A DNA stretch of 64,000 nt, taken from Prevotella sp. CAG:1058 (GTDB lineage: Bacteria > Bacteroidota > Bacteroidia > Bacteroidales > Bacteroidaceae). The notes under the pieces were generated by a model. The model was not told the origin of the DNA. It worked only from the letters and a program-made list of their open reading frames with translations, and ran no database searches. Location: NCBI GenBank assembly GCA_963931425.1, contig OZ007015.1:1517268-1581267 (forward strand), in the 5' to 3' direction. A program made the translations under genes and the position numbers. This document shows, piece by piece, positions 20,435 to 27,787 of this stretch (position 1 is its first letter; every line of letters begins with the position of its first letter).

Positions 20435-21436
20435 TTAGTTTAGTAGCACCTTGAGTCTTGCTTCAAGGTCGTTAGTTTCCAGGTTGCGTTCCAATACGCG
20501 TCCTTGTGCATTGAACAGTATGTTTTCTGATACCGAATTGAGTGAAAAAGTTTCGAGTAGCGGACTGTCGAACATCATTTGGTCGCAGACGGTTATCACT
20601 CCTGTCGAGTCATTGCGCATGGTCTGCCTGCATTTATGTTTGCTTGCGTCAATGTTGATGCCCATTATTGCGAGCCTGTTTCCGTACTCGTTTTTCAGTT
20701 GGTTGAGTTTGTAGCGCATGTTTACGCTTCTGTTATTCCATTCAGCCCATGTGTAAATAACAGCCACTTTGCCGCGTAATTCAGCGTCTGAAACGGGTTT
20801 GTCGTATATGTCTTTAGTCCTGAATACTGGCATCTTGGCTCCTGCCGTGCATTGTCCGGCAGCCTTTGCGTAGCGCAGAATGCGTGCAATGTTGCCGTTT
20901 TTAGGCTGCTCTTTATACAGGATGTTTGCCAGTTTTTCTATTTCCTTGGGGTCCGCGTCTGTTGTATTGACGAAGTATTTCCTTAGAACATATACGCTTG
21001 CGAGTGACTTGGGGTTGTTTTTTATGAACTGTGCGGCATAGTTTTTCACCTCAGGAGGTGACGCTTTGGCTATCTGTTGGCGGAATCCGTTCATGAGCTT
21101 ATCCTCTTTTGTTCCGTCGACTTCTATCTCCTTGAGGTGTGATGCGTCGCCTTTTATTGTTGCAGACTTGCCCGGTTCGGCGAATACGGGCTGCTCTGAG
21201 AAGTTAGGGAAGATAATTACGATTGTGCCGTTTTCCTTGCATGGCGTTTCAAAGGTGAAACGTCCGCCTTCGACTTTTATCGTATCGACGCCGTCGAATA
21301 CGCCGTCTGGACTGTAAACATAAAACTCACCCTGGTTTAGGTTGAGTAACCGGCCTTCAAAACTGAAGTAACCGCTGCGTGAACCGCAGGACACCAAAAC
21401 CAGGGTGAGTGTAAAGATATAAATTAGCCGCTTCAT
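20435..21436 (-). CDS. Lipoprotein, DUF4369-like domain plus thioredoxin-like domain lacking CxxC
   Basis: Lipobox [17 protein letters not shown], and TWAEWNNRS at the position of WASWCxxC. Confidence 0.7.
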   Translation of the reverse strand: MKRLIYIFTLTLVLVSCGSRSGYFSFEGRLLNLNQGEFYVYSPDGVFDGVDTIKVEGGRFTFETPCKENGTIVIIFPNFSEQPVFAEPGKSATIKGDASHLKEIEVDGTKEDKLMNGFRQQIAKASPPEVKNYAAQFIKNNPKSLASVYVLRKYFVNTTDADPKEIEKLANILYKEQPKNGNIARILRYAKAAGQCTAGAKMPVFRTKDIYDKPVSDAELRGKVAVIYTWAEWNNRSVNMRYKLNQLKNEYGNRLAIMGINIDASKHKCRQTMRNDSTGVITVCDQMMFDSPLLETFSLNSVSENILFNAQGRVLERNLETNDLEARLKVLLN

Positions 21437-21449
21437 GCGCCAGCTTTAT

Positions 21450-23135
21450 TTATTTGCTGACTTTTGACAGCTCAAGGTCGTTGTTTGCGTAAGTTGCAAG
21501 TGAAGGATCCTTCTGCAATGCGCTTCTCAGGTAAGAAGAAGCTGCGTCGTTGTTGCCCTGACGTGCGTTGAGGATAGCCTGCAGATAGTCTGTCATGGCG
21601 TCTTTCTTCTCAATGTTGTTCAGAGTGCTTGCTGCGCCGGCATAGTTCTTGTTAAGGATCTGTGCCAAAGCTGTAGTGTTGCAGTTGTAGCCCTTCAAGT
21701 TCTGCTCTGCTGTTGCATAGTCGCCCTTGGCAAGGTTGAGTGAGCCGAGTACCTTGTTGTAGTCGGTTGCAGTGTTAGCCTTTGCGATGTAGCCTTCAGC
21801 TTCGCTGATGTTACCGTTCTTAAGAGCGAGCAGACCGAGGTTTGCATTTACCTCAGGTGCGTTGCTGTTCTTGCTCTGAGCCTGTGCCAGGTAGTTCTTG
21901 GCAGCGTCGTAGTTGCCCTTTTCGAACGCGATGGTTGCAAGGTTGTTGTAAGCACGGTAGTCGTTAGGATAAACCTGTGTAGTCTTCTTGTAGATGCTTT
22001 CTTTTGCGTCAACGCTGCTCTCGAGTGTAGCTGCGTACAGCATTTCGTCAACTGAAAGCTGTGTAGCGTCTGCTGCGTACTGGTCTTTGATCTGCTGGTC
22101 GCTGCGACCGATGAGCTCGTAGTTGATGATCAGGCGTGAACGGCGGAGTTCGGGAAGGATGCCGTCAGCAAGTTCGCGGAAACCTGCAGACATGTTGCGT
22201 ATCTGCTGCTCGCGCTCTTCAGGATCCTGGTACATAGAGAGAACACGGAGGATAACGTCCTTGTCCTGTATGTTAGATGCTGCAACGAGTTTCTGGAAAC
22301 CGTCCCAGTCCTCAGCTGTGTAGCTGCCTGTAACGTCGCTTTCGAGTTTCGCATTCTTAACCTGCTTCTTAGCGTAGTCTACAGATACGTTCTGACGCTT
22401 GCCTGCAAGCTTGTCGTTGAAGTCGAGTGTACCGTCGGGTGATGCGTAAGCAAGTACTTCTACGTTCTTGAGGTTGAGTTTCTCGCGGTCAGCGTTGATT
22501 TCCTTAAGCATCTTTACGAACTCTGTAATAGAGTTGTTCTTCAGCTCGCTCTTGCGGAGGTTTGCCTGGTTGATAAGGAACTTGATCTGTGCTTCCTGCC
22601 TCTGTGCACGTACGCGCTGGAATGTGTCAGCTGCGATGCAAGCGCCGCTGCCTGAGAGTGTGCTTGTGTAAAGTTCAGATGTTGCGATAACGCCTTCAGC
22701 AACCTTTACAGCAGGAACTTCAACCTTTTTCTTTTTCTTGCCTACATAAGCATCGAAAGTCATGTAAAGGTCGCTCTTCTGCATTTCGGGCACATACTTA
22801 TAGTTGGCTCTCATTGTGTAGTTGCCACCCATCTTGTATGAGATTGTCTGGTCGTTGCCTTCAACCTTCTCACCCTGGAATGTTGCAGCCTGGCCTTGTG
22901 CAGCCTGTCCGTTGCCGTAGCGCAGCTCGGGAACAACTGTAACAACAGCCTTTTTCTTCAAGTACTTCTCGGGGAAAGTACCATTGATAGTTACGGCTAC
23001 CTGTCCGCCTTTTGATTCCAGCGGATTGGGTGTAACTTTAAAATTGTCGGTAGAGAGTTCTCCAAGTTTTGAAGAGCATGACGACAGTGCAAGCACTGAA
23101 GCTGCCGATAAAAATAAAATAAGATTTTTCTTCAT
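21450..23135 (-). CDS. Conserved Bacteroidales lipoprotein with OmpA-like and C-terminal TPR domains
   Basis: Lipobox LSSC, YASPDG..N..LAGKR OmpA-like motif, DYRAYNNLA and APEVNANLGLL TPR helices. Confidence 0.8.
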   Translation of the reverse strand: MKKNLILFLSAASVLALSSCSSKLGELSTDNFKVTPNPLESKGGQVAVTINGTFPEKYLKKKAVVTVVPELRYGNGQAAQGQAATFQGEKVEGNDQTISYKMGGNYTMRANYKYVPEMQKSDLYMTFDAYVGKKKKKVEVPAVKVAEGVIATSELYTSTLSGSGACIAADTFQRVRAQRQEAQIKFLINQANLRKSELKNNSITEFVKMLKEINADREKLNLKNVEVLAYASPDGTLDFNDKLAGKRQNVSVDYAKKQVKNAKLESDVTGSYTAEDWDGFQKLVAASNIQDKDVILRVLSMYQDPEEREQQIRNMSAGFRELADGILPELRRSRLIINYELIGRSDQQIKDQYAADATQLSVDEMLYAATLESSVDAKESIYKKTTQVYPNDYRAYNNLATIAFEKGNYDAAKNYLAQAQSKNSNAPEVNANLGLLALKNGNISEAEGYIAKANTATDYNKVLGSLNLAKGDYATAEQNLKGYNCNTTALAQILNKNYAGAASTLNNIEKKDAMTDYLQAILNARQGNNDAASSYLRSALQKDPSLATYANNDLELSKVSK

Positions 23136-23158
23136 ATATGAAAGGTTTTAAATGATTG

Positions 23159-23244
23159 TGCCGCGAGCGGGACTCGAACCCGCACAGCCATTACTGGCCA
23201 AGGGATTTTAAGTCCCTCGTGTCTACCAATTCCACCATTGCGGC
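23159..23244 (-). tRNA. tRNA-Leu(TAA)
   Basis: GCCGCAATGGTGGAATTGGTAGACACGAGGGACTTAAAATCCCT, long variable arm, GCGGGTTCGAGTCCCGCTCGCGGCA. One A-C mismatch in the acceptor stem. Confidence 0.96.
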
Positions 23245-23251
23245 TTTTGTG

Positions 23252-23324
23252 AGCGGCAAACGGGACTCGGACCCGCGACCTCGACCTTGGCAAGGTCGCG
23301 CTCTACCAACTGAGCTATTGCCGC
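23252..23324 (-). tRNA. tRNA-Gly(GCC)
   Basis: GCGGCAATAGCTCAGTTGGTAGAGCGCGACCTTGCCAAGGTCGAGGTCGCGGGTCCGAGTCCCGTTTGCCGCT. Confidence 0.96.
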
Positions 23325-23336
23325 TTAAACGTAATG

Positions 23337-23368
23337 CAAAGATAAGTCTATCTTCCCAAAGACGCAAA
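23337..23368 (-). promoter_or_regulatory. Promoter of the tRNA-Gly/tRNA-Leu pair
   Basis: TTTG-N20-TATCTTTG, a full -33/-7 Bacteroidetes consensus ending 12 nt before tRNA-Gly. Confidence 0.85.
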
Positions 23369-23397
23369 TTAATTTACACATTTTAATATTTAAAGTG

Positions 23398-23952
23398 TCA
23401 GTTTATTACTGAAACAATGCCTCCGGCAATACTTGCATGGTAACGGATTAGTTTATCGCCCTGGTCGCCGTCGATTATCAATCCGTCGTTGTTCATGTCG
23501 TATTTACGGTGACAGCTGCCGCATTCGGCCGTACCGTTGGTCTTCATGGTGAGCTGGTAGCGTGGCATGCTGGTGTCCTTGAAGCAGTTGGGGCACTGGC
23601 TGTCGTATGCGTAAAGTATGGCTGGATTGTTCAGGTTGCCGTATCCTATTATTATCCCCGTGCCGTTGTATACGCCCAACTTGTTTGTGCGTTGCTTGTC
23701 CAGGGCGGTCAGTGCTACTTTGTCAGACAAGCCCTGGTTTGTGTTGAAGTTGAAGTAGTTGGCGTTGGGCATGGTCGCCCGGCAGAATATGCCGGGTGAG
23801 TTAGGGTTGGTAGCCGAGGCCAGTGCCGGGCTTTGGCTGGCGGAATTGTTGAAAATGAAATAGCACGGATAGCCGCTGTATTCGTAGTCGGTGTTGCCGC
23901 ACGCTGTGAAAAGTGTCAGCAGTGCTATAATATAATAGGTGTAATGTTTCAT
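23398..23952 (-). CDS. Small lipoprotein with a Rieske-like fold signature (CPNC ... CGSC)
   Basis: MKHYTYYIIALLTLFTAC lipobox, YAYDSQCPNC, AECGSCHRKYDMN. ATGA overlap with the argH stop. Confidence 0.75.
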   Translation of the reverse strand: MKHYTYYIIALLTLFTACGNTDYEYSGYPCYFIFNNSASQSPALASATNPNSPGIFCRATMPNANYFNFNTNQGLSDKVALTALDKQRTNKLGVYNGTGIIIGYGNLNNPAILYAYDSQCPNCFKDTSMPRYQLTMKTNGTAECGSCHRKYDMNNDGLIIDGDQGDKLIRYHASIAGGIVSVIN

Positions 23953-25283
23953 TTCAGCAAGTTCTTTTCTGCCTGTTCGGCTTTTTTGAATGTGAATCCT
24001 TCGAGTATAGTGTCCATGAGGGCGCTTATCCTGTCGTTGCACAGATTGCCTATCGAGCCTTCGTGCGTATGGTGTATGTTCTTGTCGGGCGTGAATCTGC
24101 CGGCCTCGATGTCGAGTCCCACCTTCTTGTAGGCGTCGCGGAAGGGCATGCCTGAGGCGGCTAGGCGGTTGACTTCCTCTACCGAGAACATCAGGTCGTA
24201 GCGCTTGTCGTCGAGTATGTGCTCGTTCACTTCCATTCTGTTTATTATGTAGGCAGCCATGCGCAGGCAGTCTTTCAGTTCGTCGAAGGCGGGCAGGAAC
24301 TCCTCTTTTATTATCTGAAGGTCGCGGAAGTAGCCCGAGGGCAGGTTGTTCATTATCAGCGTAATCTGCTGCGGCAGCGCCTGCAGCTTGTTGCTCTTGG
24401 CGCGTATCAGCTCGAACACGTCGGGGTTCTTCTTGTGCGGCATGATGCTGCTGCCCGTTGTGCACTCCTTCGGCAGCTTGACGAACGAGAAGTTCTGGCT
24501 GTTGAACAGGCAGGCGTCGAACGCCATCTTGGCCAGCGTGCCGGCAACTGAGGCCATTGCGAAGGCCGTGCTGCGCTCGGTCTTGCCGCGTCCCATCTGT
24601 GCGTACACCACGTTGTAGTCCATGGTGTCGAAGCCCAGCAGCTCTGTCGTCATCGTGCGGTCGAGAGGGAACGACGAGCCATAGCCCGCCGCGCTGCCCA
24701 GGGGGTTGCGGTTGGCCATGCGCCATGCGGCTTGCAGGAACAGCATATCGTCGGCCAGGCTCTCGGCGTAAGCCCCGAACCACAGGCCGAACGAACTTGG
24801 CATGGCCACCTGCAGGTGGGTGTAGCCGGGCATGAGCACGCCCTTGTATTGCTCGCTCTTTTGCAGCAGTTCGTCGAACAGGCTCTTCACGAGCTGCACT
24901 ATCTCCTTTATCTCGTTGCGGATAAACAGTTTCAGGTCAACCATCACCTGGTCGTTCCTTGACCGTCCGCTGTGGATTTTCTTGCCCATGTCGCCAAGGC
25001 TGCGCGTGAGCATCAGCTCCACTTGCGAGTGGACGTCCTCTATGCCTTCCTCGATTACGAACTCGCCTCTCTCGCACGTGGCGTAGATGTCCTTCAGCTC
25101 GGCAAGCAGCTGCGCCAGCTCGTCCTTTTCGAGCAGTCCGATTGACTCCAGCATGGTGATGTGCGCCATGCTGCCCAGCACGTCATACTTGGCCAAGTAC
25201 ATATCCATCTCGCGGTCGCGGCCAACGGTGAAGCGTTCAATCTCCTTGTTTATGGAGAAGTTCTTTTCCCAGAGTTTGTTCAT
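23949..25283 (-). CDS. argH: Argininosuccinate lyase
   Basis: MNKLWEK start, EDVHSQVE, HSGRSRNDQ, MPGYTHLQ, TGSSIMPHKKNPD, SGYFRDLQ. Confidence 0.96.
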   Translation of the reverse strand: MNKLWEKNFSINKEIERFTVGRDREMDMYLAKYDVLGSMAHITMLESIGLLEKDELAQLLAELKDIYATCERGEFVIEEGIEDVHSQVELMLTRSLGDMGKKIHSGRSRNDQVMVDLKLFIRNEIKEIVQLVKSLFDELLQKSEQYKGVLMPGYTHLQVAMPSSFGLWFGAYAESLADDMLFLQAAWRMANRNPLGSAAGYGSSFPLDRTMTTELLGFDTMDYNVVYAQMGRGKTERSTAFAMASVAGTLAKMAFDACLFNSQNFSFVKLPKECTTGSSIMPHKKNPDVFELIRAKSNKLQALPQQITLIMNNLPSGYFRDLQIIKEEFLPAFDELKDCLRMAAYIINRMEVNEHILDDKRYDLMFSVEEVNRLAASGMPFRDAYKKVGLDIEAGRFTPDKNIHHTHEGSIGNLCNDRISALMDTILEGFTFKKAEQAEKNLLK

Positions 25284-25334
25284 TGTTTGTTTTATTGTAG
25301 TTGGCGGACAGGCTTGCGTGATTGTGAGTAGCGG

Positions 25335-25508
25335 AATAGGACAAATAAGGCTGATGAGCCTAATGGGCTTCGCGTGACGGGAGGGTGCTCGTCGGTTGTT
25401 GCTTATTAGCTTGTGGCTCGTTCCTCGTTTGCTTGTCCCTTGTCTCTTGTCTGCTCGTCTCTTGTCTGCTCGTCTCTTGTCTGCTCGTCCCTCGTTTGCT
25501 CGTCTGCT
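25335..25508. repeat. Composite short tandem repeats: four 9-mers (25335-25370) plus a CT(C/T)GT 7/8-mer array including GTCTCTTGTCTGCTC x3 (25442-25486)
   Basis: AATAGGACA AATAAGGCT GATGAGCCT AATGGGCTT, then three exact 15-mers with degenerate flanking copies. Confidence 0.85.
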
Positions 25509-25513
25509 AAAAA

Positions 25514-25924
25514 TCAATACGGCAGCATTGCCAGTGCGTCGGCTATTTTGTCTACGCCGTCTTGCAGTTTGTTGCCGAGCATGGGCTTCAGGAACAGCGG
25601 AATGTCGGCCTTCACCGTCACGCGCATCTTGCACGTGGTGTCGGTTACAGGCAACAGCTGCACCCAGAGGTTGAACGGCACGGGCGAGTTCTCCGTTTCG
25701 AACTTGATGCACTTAGGCTCGTCCCTGTCTACAATCCTCAGCTTTATGCTGCCCACGGGCGCCACGTTGACACTTACCGAGTCGCGGTCGAACGCCAAGT
25801 CCTTCACTTGGTCGGCCGGGATGCGGTCTTTTATTCTCTCTATGTTGTTCAGGTCGCTAAGCGTGTTGTACACCGCCGTCTGCGGATGCGGTATTTGCTT
25901 AACGCCGCTTTCGTATTTGCTCAT
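25514..25924 (-). CDS. SRPBCC/START-like (CoxG-like) protein
   Basis: 136-aa beta-rich fold, VYNTLSDLNNIE, IPLFLKPMLGNKLQDGVDKIADAL C-terminal helix. Confidence 0.8.
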   Translation of the reverse strand: MSKYESGVKQIPHPQTAVYNTLSDLNNIERIKDRIPADQVKDLAFDRDSVSVNVAPVGSIKLRIVDRDEPKCIKFETENSPVPFNLWVQLLPVTDTTCKMRVTVKADIPLFLKPMLGNKLQDGVDKIADALAMLPY

Positions 25925-25940
25925 TGTTCTAAAAAACAGC

Positions 25941-25972
25941 AGCCCCTCCCGTCCTCCCCCAAGGGGAGGGGC
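25941..25972 (+). repeat. REP-like hairpin, left end of the cassette
   Basis: AGCCCCTCCC-GT-CCTCCCC-CAA-GGGGAGG-GGC. Confidence 0.85.
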
Positions 25973-26068
25973 CTGATTACAGTTACTATAATGTTAATGC
26001 GGCAGACAGCCTTTCAGGGTTGCTTGCCAGTGTGTTATCCGCACGATTGCTCACTTTTACGCAAATGG

Positions 26069-26461
26069 TTAATCCCATTCTATTTCATCACCTTTCTCTC
26101 GGAGGATTTTATATATGTCCTCTTCGTTTTCAATCAAGGATATAATGATGTCGGCAAAGCGTTTAGCCCTTTCCTCGTTTTCTCTGGTGTCTTCAAAATA
26201 GGCTGCGTATGAACCTGCTTCTGGGTCGCTCTCCATGTTTTCTAAAATGTCCGGCGCGTTTTTCGCGAGGTAATAGTTGAAGAATGCGTCCCAGTTGTAC
26301 CCGTTCATGTATGCCTCTTCGTTTATCTCATTCATCCGCTCTCCTATTGCCAATATCTTTTCGGCCTCATTTTCGAAGAGCAGGACGATGCTTCCAGAGT
26401 CATTTGCGTAAATTTTGACATATTCATTATTGAAAATGTCTCTTTCTCCTGTTGTTGACAT
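26069..26461 (-). CDS. Orphan immunity protein, Imm51-like
   Basis: YMNGYNWDAFF..YL...APDILENMESDPEAGSYAAY resembles the Imm51 NGYxW/DPEAG signature. It is acidic and AT-rich, with its own -7 box TAACTTTG at 26551-26544. Confidence 0.72.
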   Translation of the reverse strand: MSTTGERDIFNNEYVKIYANDSGSIVLLFENEAEKILAIGERMNEINEEAYMNGYNWDAFFNYYLAKNAPDILENMESDPEAGSYAAYFEDTRENEERAKRFADIIISLIENEEDIYKILREKGDEIEWD

Positions 26462-26606
26462 GATTATAGTAAGATATAAATATATTGCGAAAACCATAAA
26501 TGTAACTATTGGGATGTCAATAGACTTTTTGGCGAAACTTTTGCAAAGTTACTATAATTTTATTGTTTTTATATGCGGATAATGTAGGTTTAAATGCAAC
26601 CTTCAA

Positions 26607-26640
26607 GCTCCTCCCCACTGGGGAGGTTGGGAGGGGGGCT
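26607..26640 (-). repeat. REP-like hairpin, right end of the cassette (inverted relative to 25941)
   Basis: The reverse complement reads AGCCCCCCTCCC-AA-CCTCCCC-AGT-GGGGAGG-AGC. Confidence 0.85.
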
Positions 26641-26641
26641 T

Positions 26642-27274
26642 TTACTTCTTCCAGTTTGCCGGGTCCTTGCGCCACTCGTGCAGCAGCTCAACGTCTTTCT
26701 CCGAGATGTAGCCAGTGGCTACAGCCTCCTCGACCACGTGCTCGTAGTCAGTCAGGGTGACGAGCGTCACGCCGGCGTCTTCGAACGCCTTCTTGGCAAC
26801 GGGGAATCCGTAGGTGTAAGATGCCACCATGCCTACCACCTCGAAGCCTGCCGCACGCAGGGCCTCTACGGCCTTCAGGCTGCTGCCGCCGGTAGAGATA
26901 AGGTCCTCGACTACTACCACCTTGGCACCTTCGGGTATCTCGCCCTCTATCAGGTTGCCCATGCCGTGGTCTTTAGCCTTGCTGCGTACGTAGGCGAAGG
27001 GCAGTCCCAGCTCGTCGGCCACCAGCGCACCCTGGGCTATCGCACCCGTGGCAACGCCGGCTACTGCCGTGGCCTCGGGGAAGTGCTCGAGCACGGCGTG
27101 TGCCAGCTCCAGCTTGACGAAGCTGCGCAGGTCGGGGAACGACAGGGTCTTGCGGTTGTCGCAATAGAACGGCGACTTCCATCCCGAAGCCCATGTGAAG
27201 GGGTTGTCCGGTTGCAGTTTTATCGCCTTTATCTTTAGCAGTTTAGATGCCAATGCTCTTTTCAGTGTATCCAT
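26642..27274 (-). CDS. pyrE: Orotate phosphoribosyltransferase
   Basis: FTWASGWKSPFYCDNR, GVATGAIA, KDHGMGNLIEG, VVVEDLISTGGSS. Promoter TTTG-N19-TAACTTTG at 27359-27329. Confidence 0.97.
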   Translation of the reverse strand: MDTLKRALASKLLKIKAIKLQPDNPFTWASGWKSPFYCDNRKTLSFPDLRSFVKLELAHAVLEHFPEATAVAGVATGAIAQGALVADELGLPFAYVRSKAKDHGMGNLIEGEIPEGAKVVVVEDLISTGGSSLKAVEALRAAGFEVVGMVASYTYGFPVAKKAFEDAGVTLVTLTDYEHVVEEAVATGYISEKDVELLHEWRKDPANWKK

Positions 27275-27431
27275 GTCTGTAAGTTTTATTGTATTTAAAT
27301 AATGTACATGTATGTAATTTACAAGCTGCAAAGTTACGTTTTTTGGCGTGTAAAACAAAATAAATCGCCTTGTTTTTGCCTAAAAGCGGCCGGCATCGCC
27401 CCTTTTTTGCAACATGGCTGCACCCGTGTGT

Positions 27432-27546
27432 GCAAGCCCTTGATATTCAACGCGTTGCAAACTGAACTGCGGATGAACCCCAAAGACCGTCTTTTACTTT
27501 CCAAAAGGCCACCTTTTGCAAACGTGCTGGTTTTCAGTATGTTTGC
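27432..27546. repeat. 22-bp-period palindrome array, copy 4 (anchor 27432-27458; units 27481, 27503; second anchor 27518-27546)
   Basis: GCAAG-CCCT-TGATATTCA-ACGC-GTTGC, CAAAGACCGTCTTTT, AAAAGGCCACCTTTT, GCAAAC-GTGC-TGGTTTTCA-GTAT-GTTTGC. Confidence 0.85.
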
Positions 27547-27787
27547 AATGTTGTGTCAACGGTGTTGCATGTTTTTGTTTTGTGATTTATAGATAAAAAT
27601 CGCTTAGACGTAGATTTCTTGTAAAGATAAGGTGAATTTATTTGTAAGAAAAATCCAAAATTAATCATTGTTTGCATTTTAATTTTGTATATTTGCCGCC
27701 GGAATAACGATTTATTAATATAACAGGTGCGACTGTTGTAACAAATGTTAAGCTGGATGATTAATATTAACCAAATATGTCTTGAAT

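Noticed and set aside
23159-23324. tRNA genes as an island integration site
   Set aside because: I saw no duplicated tRNA 3' end and no adjacent integrase, and the flanks are core genes.
23398-24783. 461-aa ORF in the track
   Set aside because: The N-terminal 277 aa are an off-frame shadow of argH. The real gene starts at 23952 (MKHYTY) with a lipoprotein signal.
23949-25712. 587-aa extended argH
   Set aside because: The extension runs through the SRPBCC gene and the tandem repeat (RRADK x3). The conserved ArgH start is MNKLWEK at 25283.
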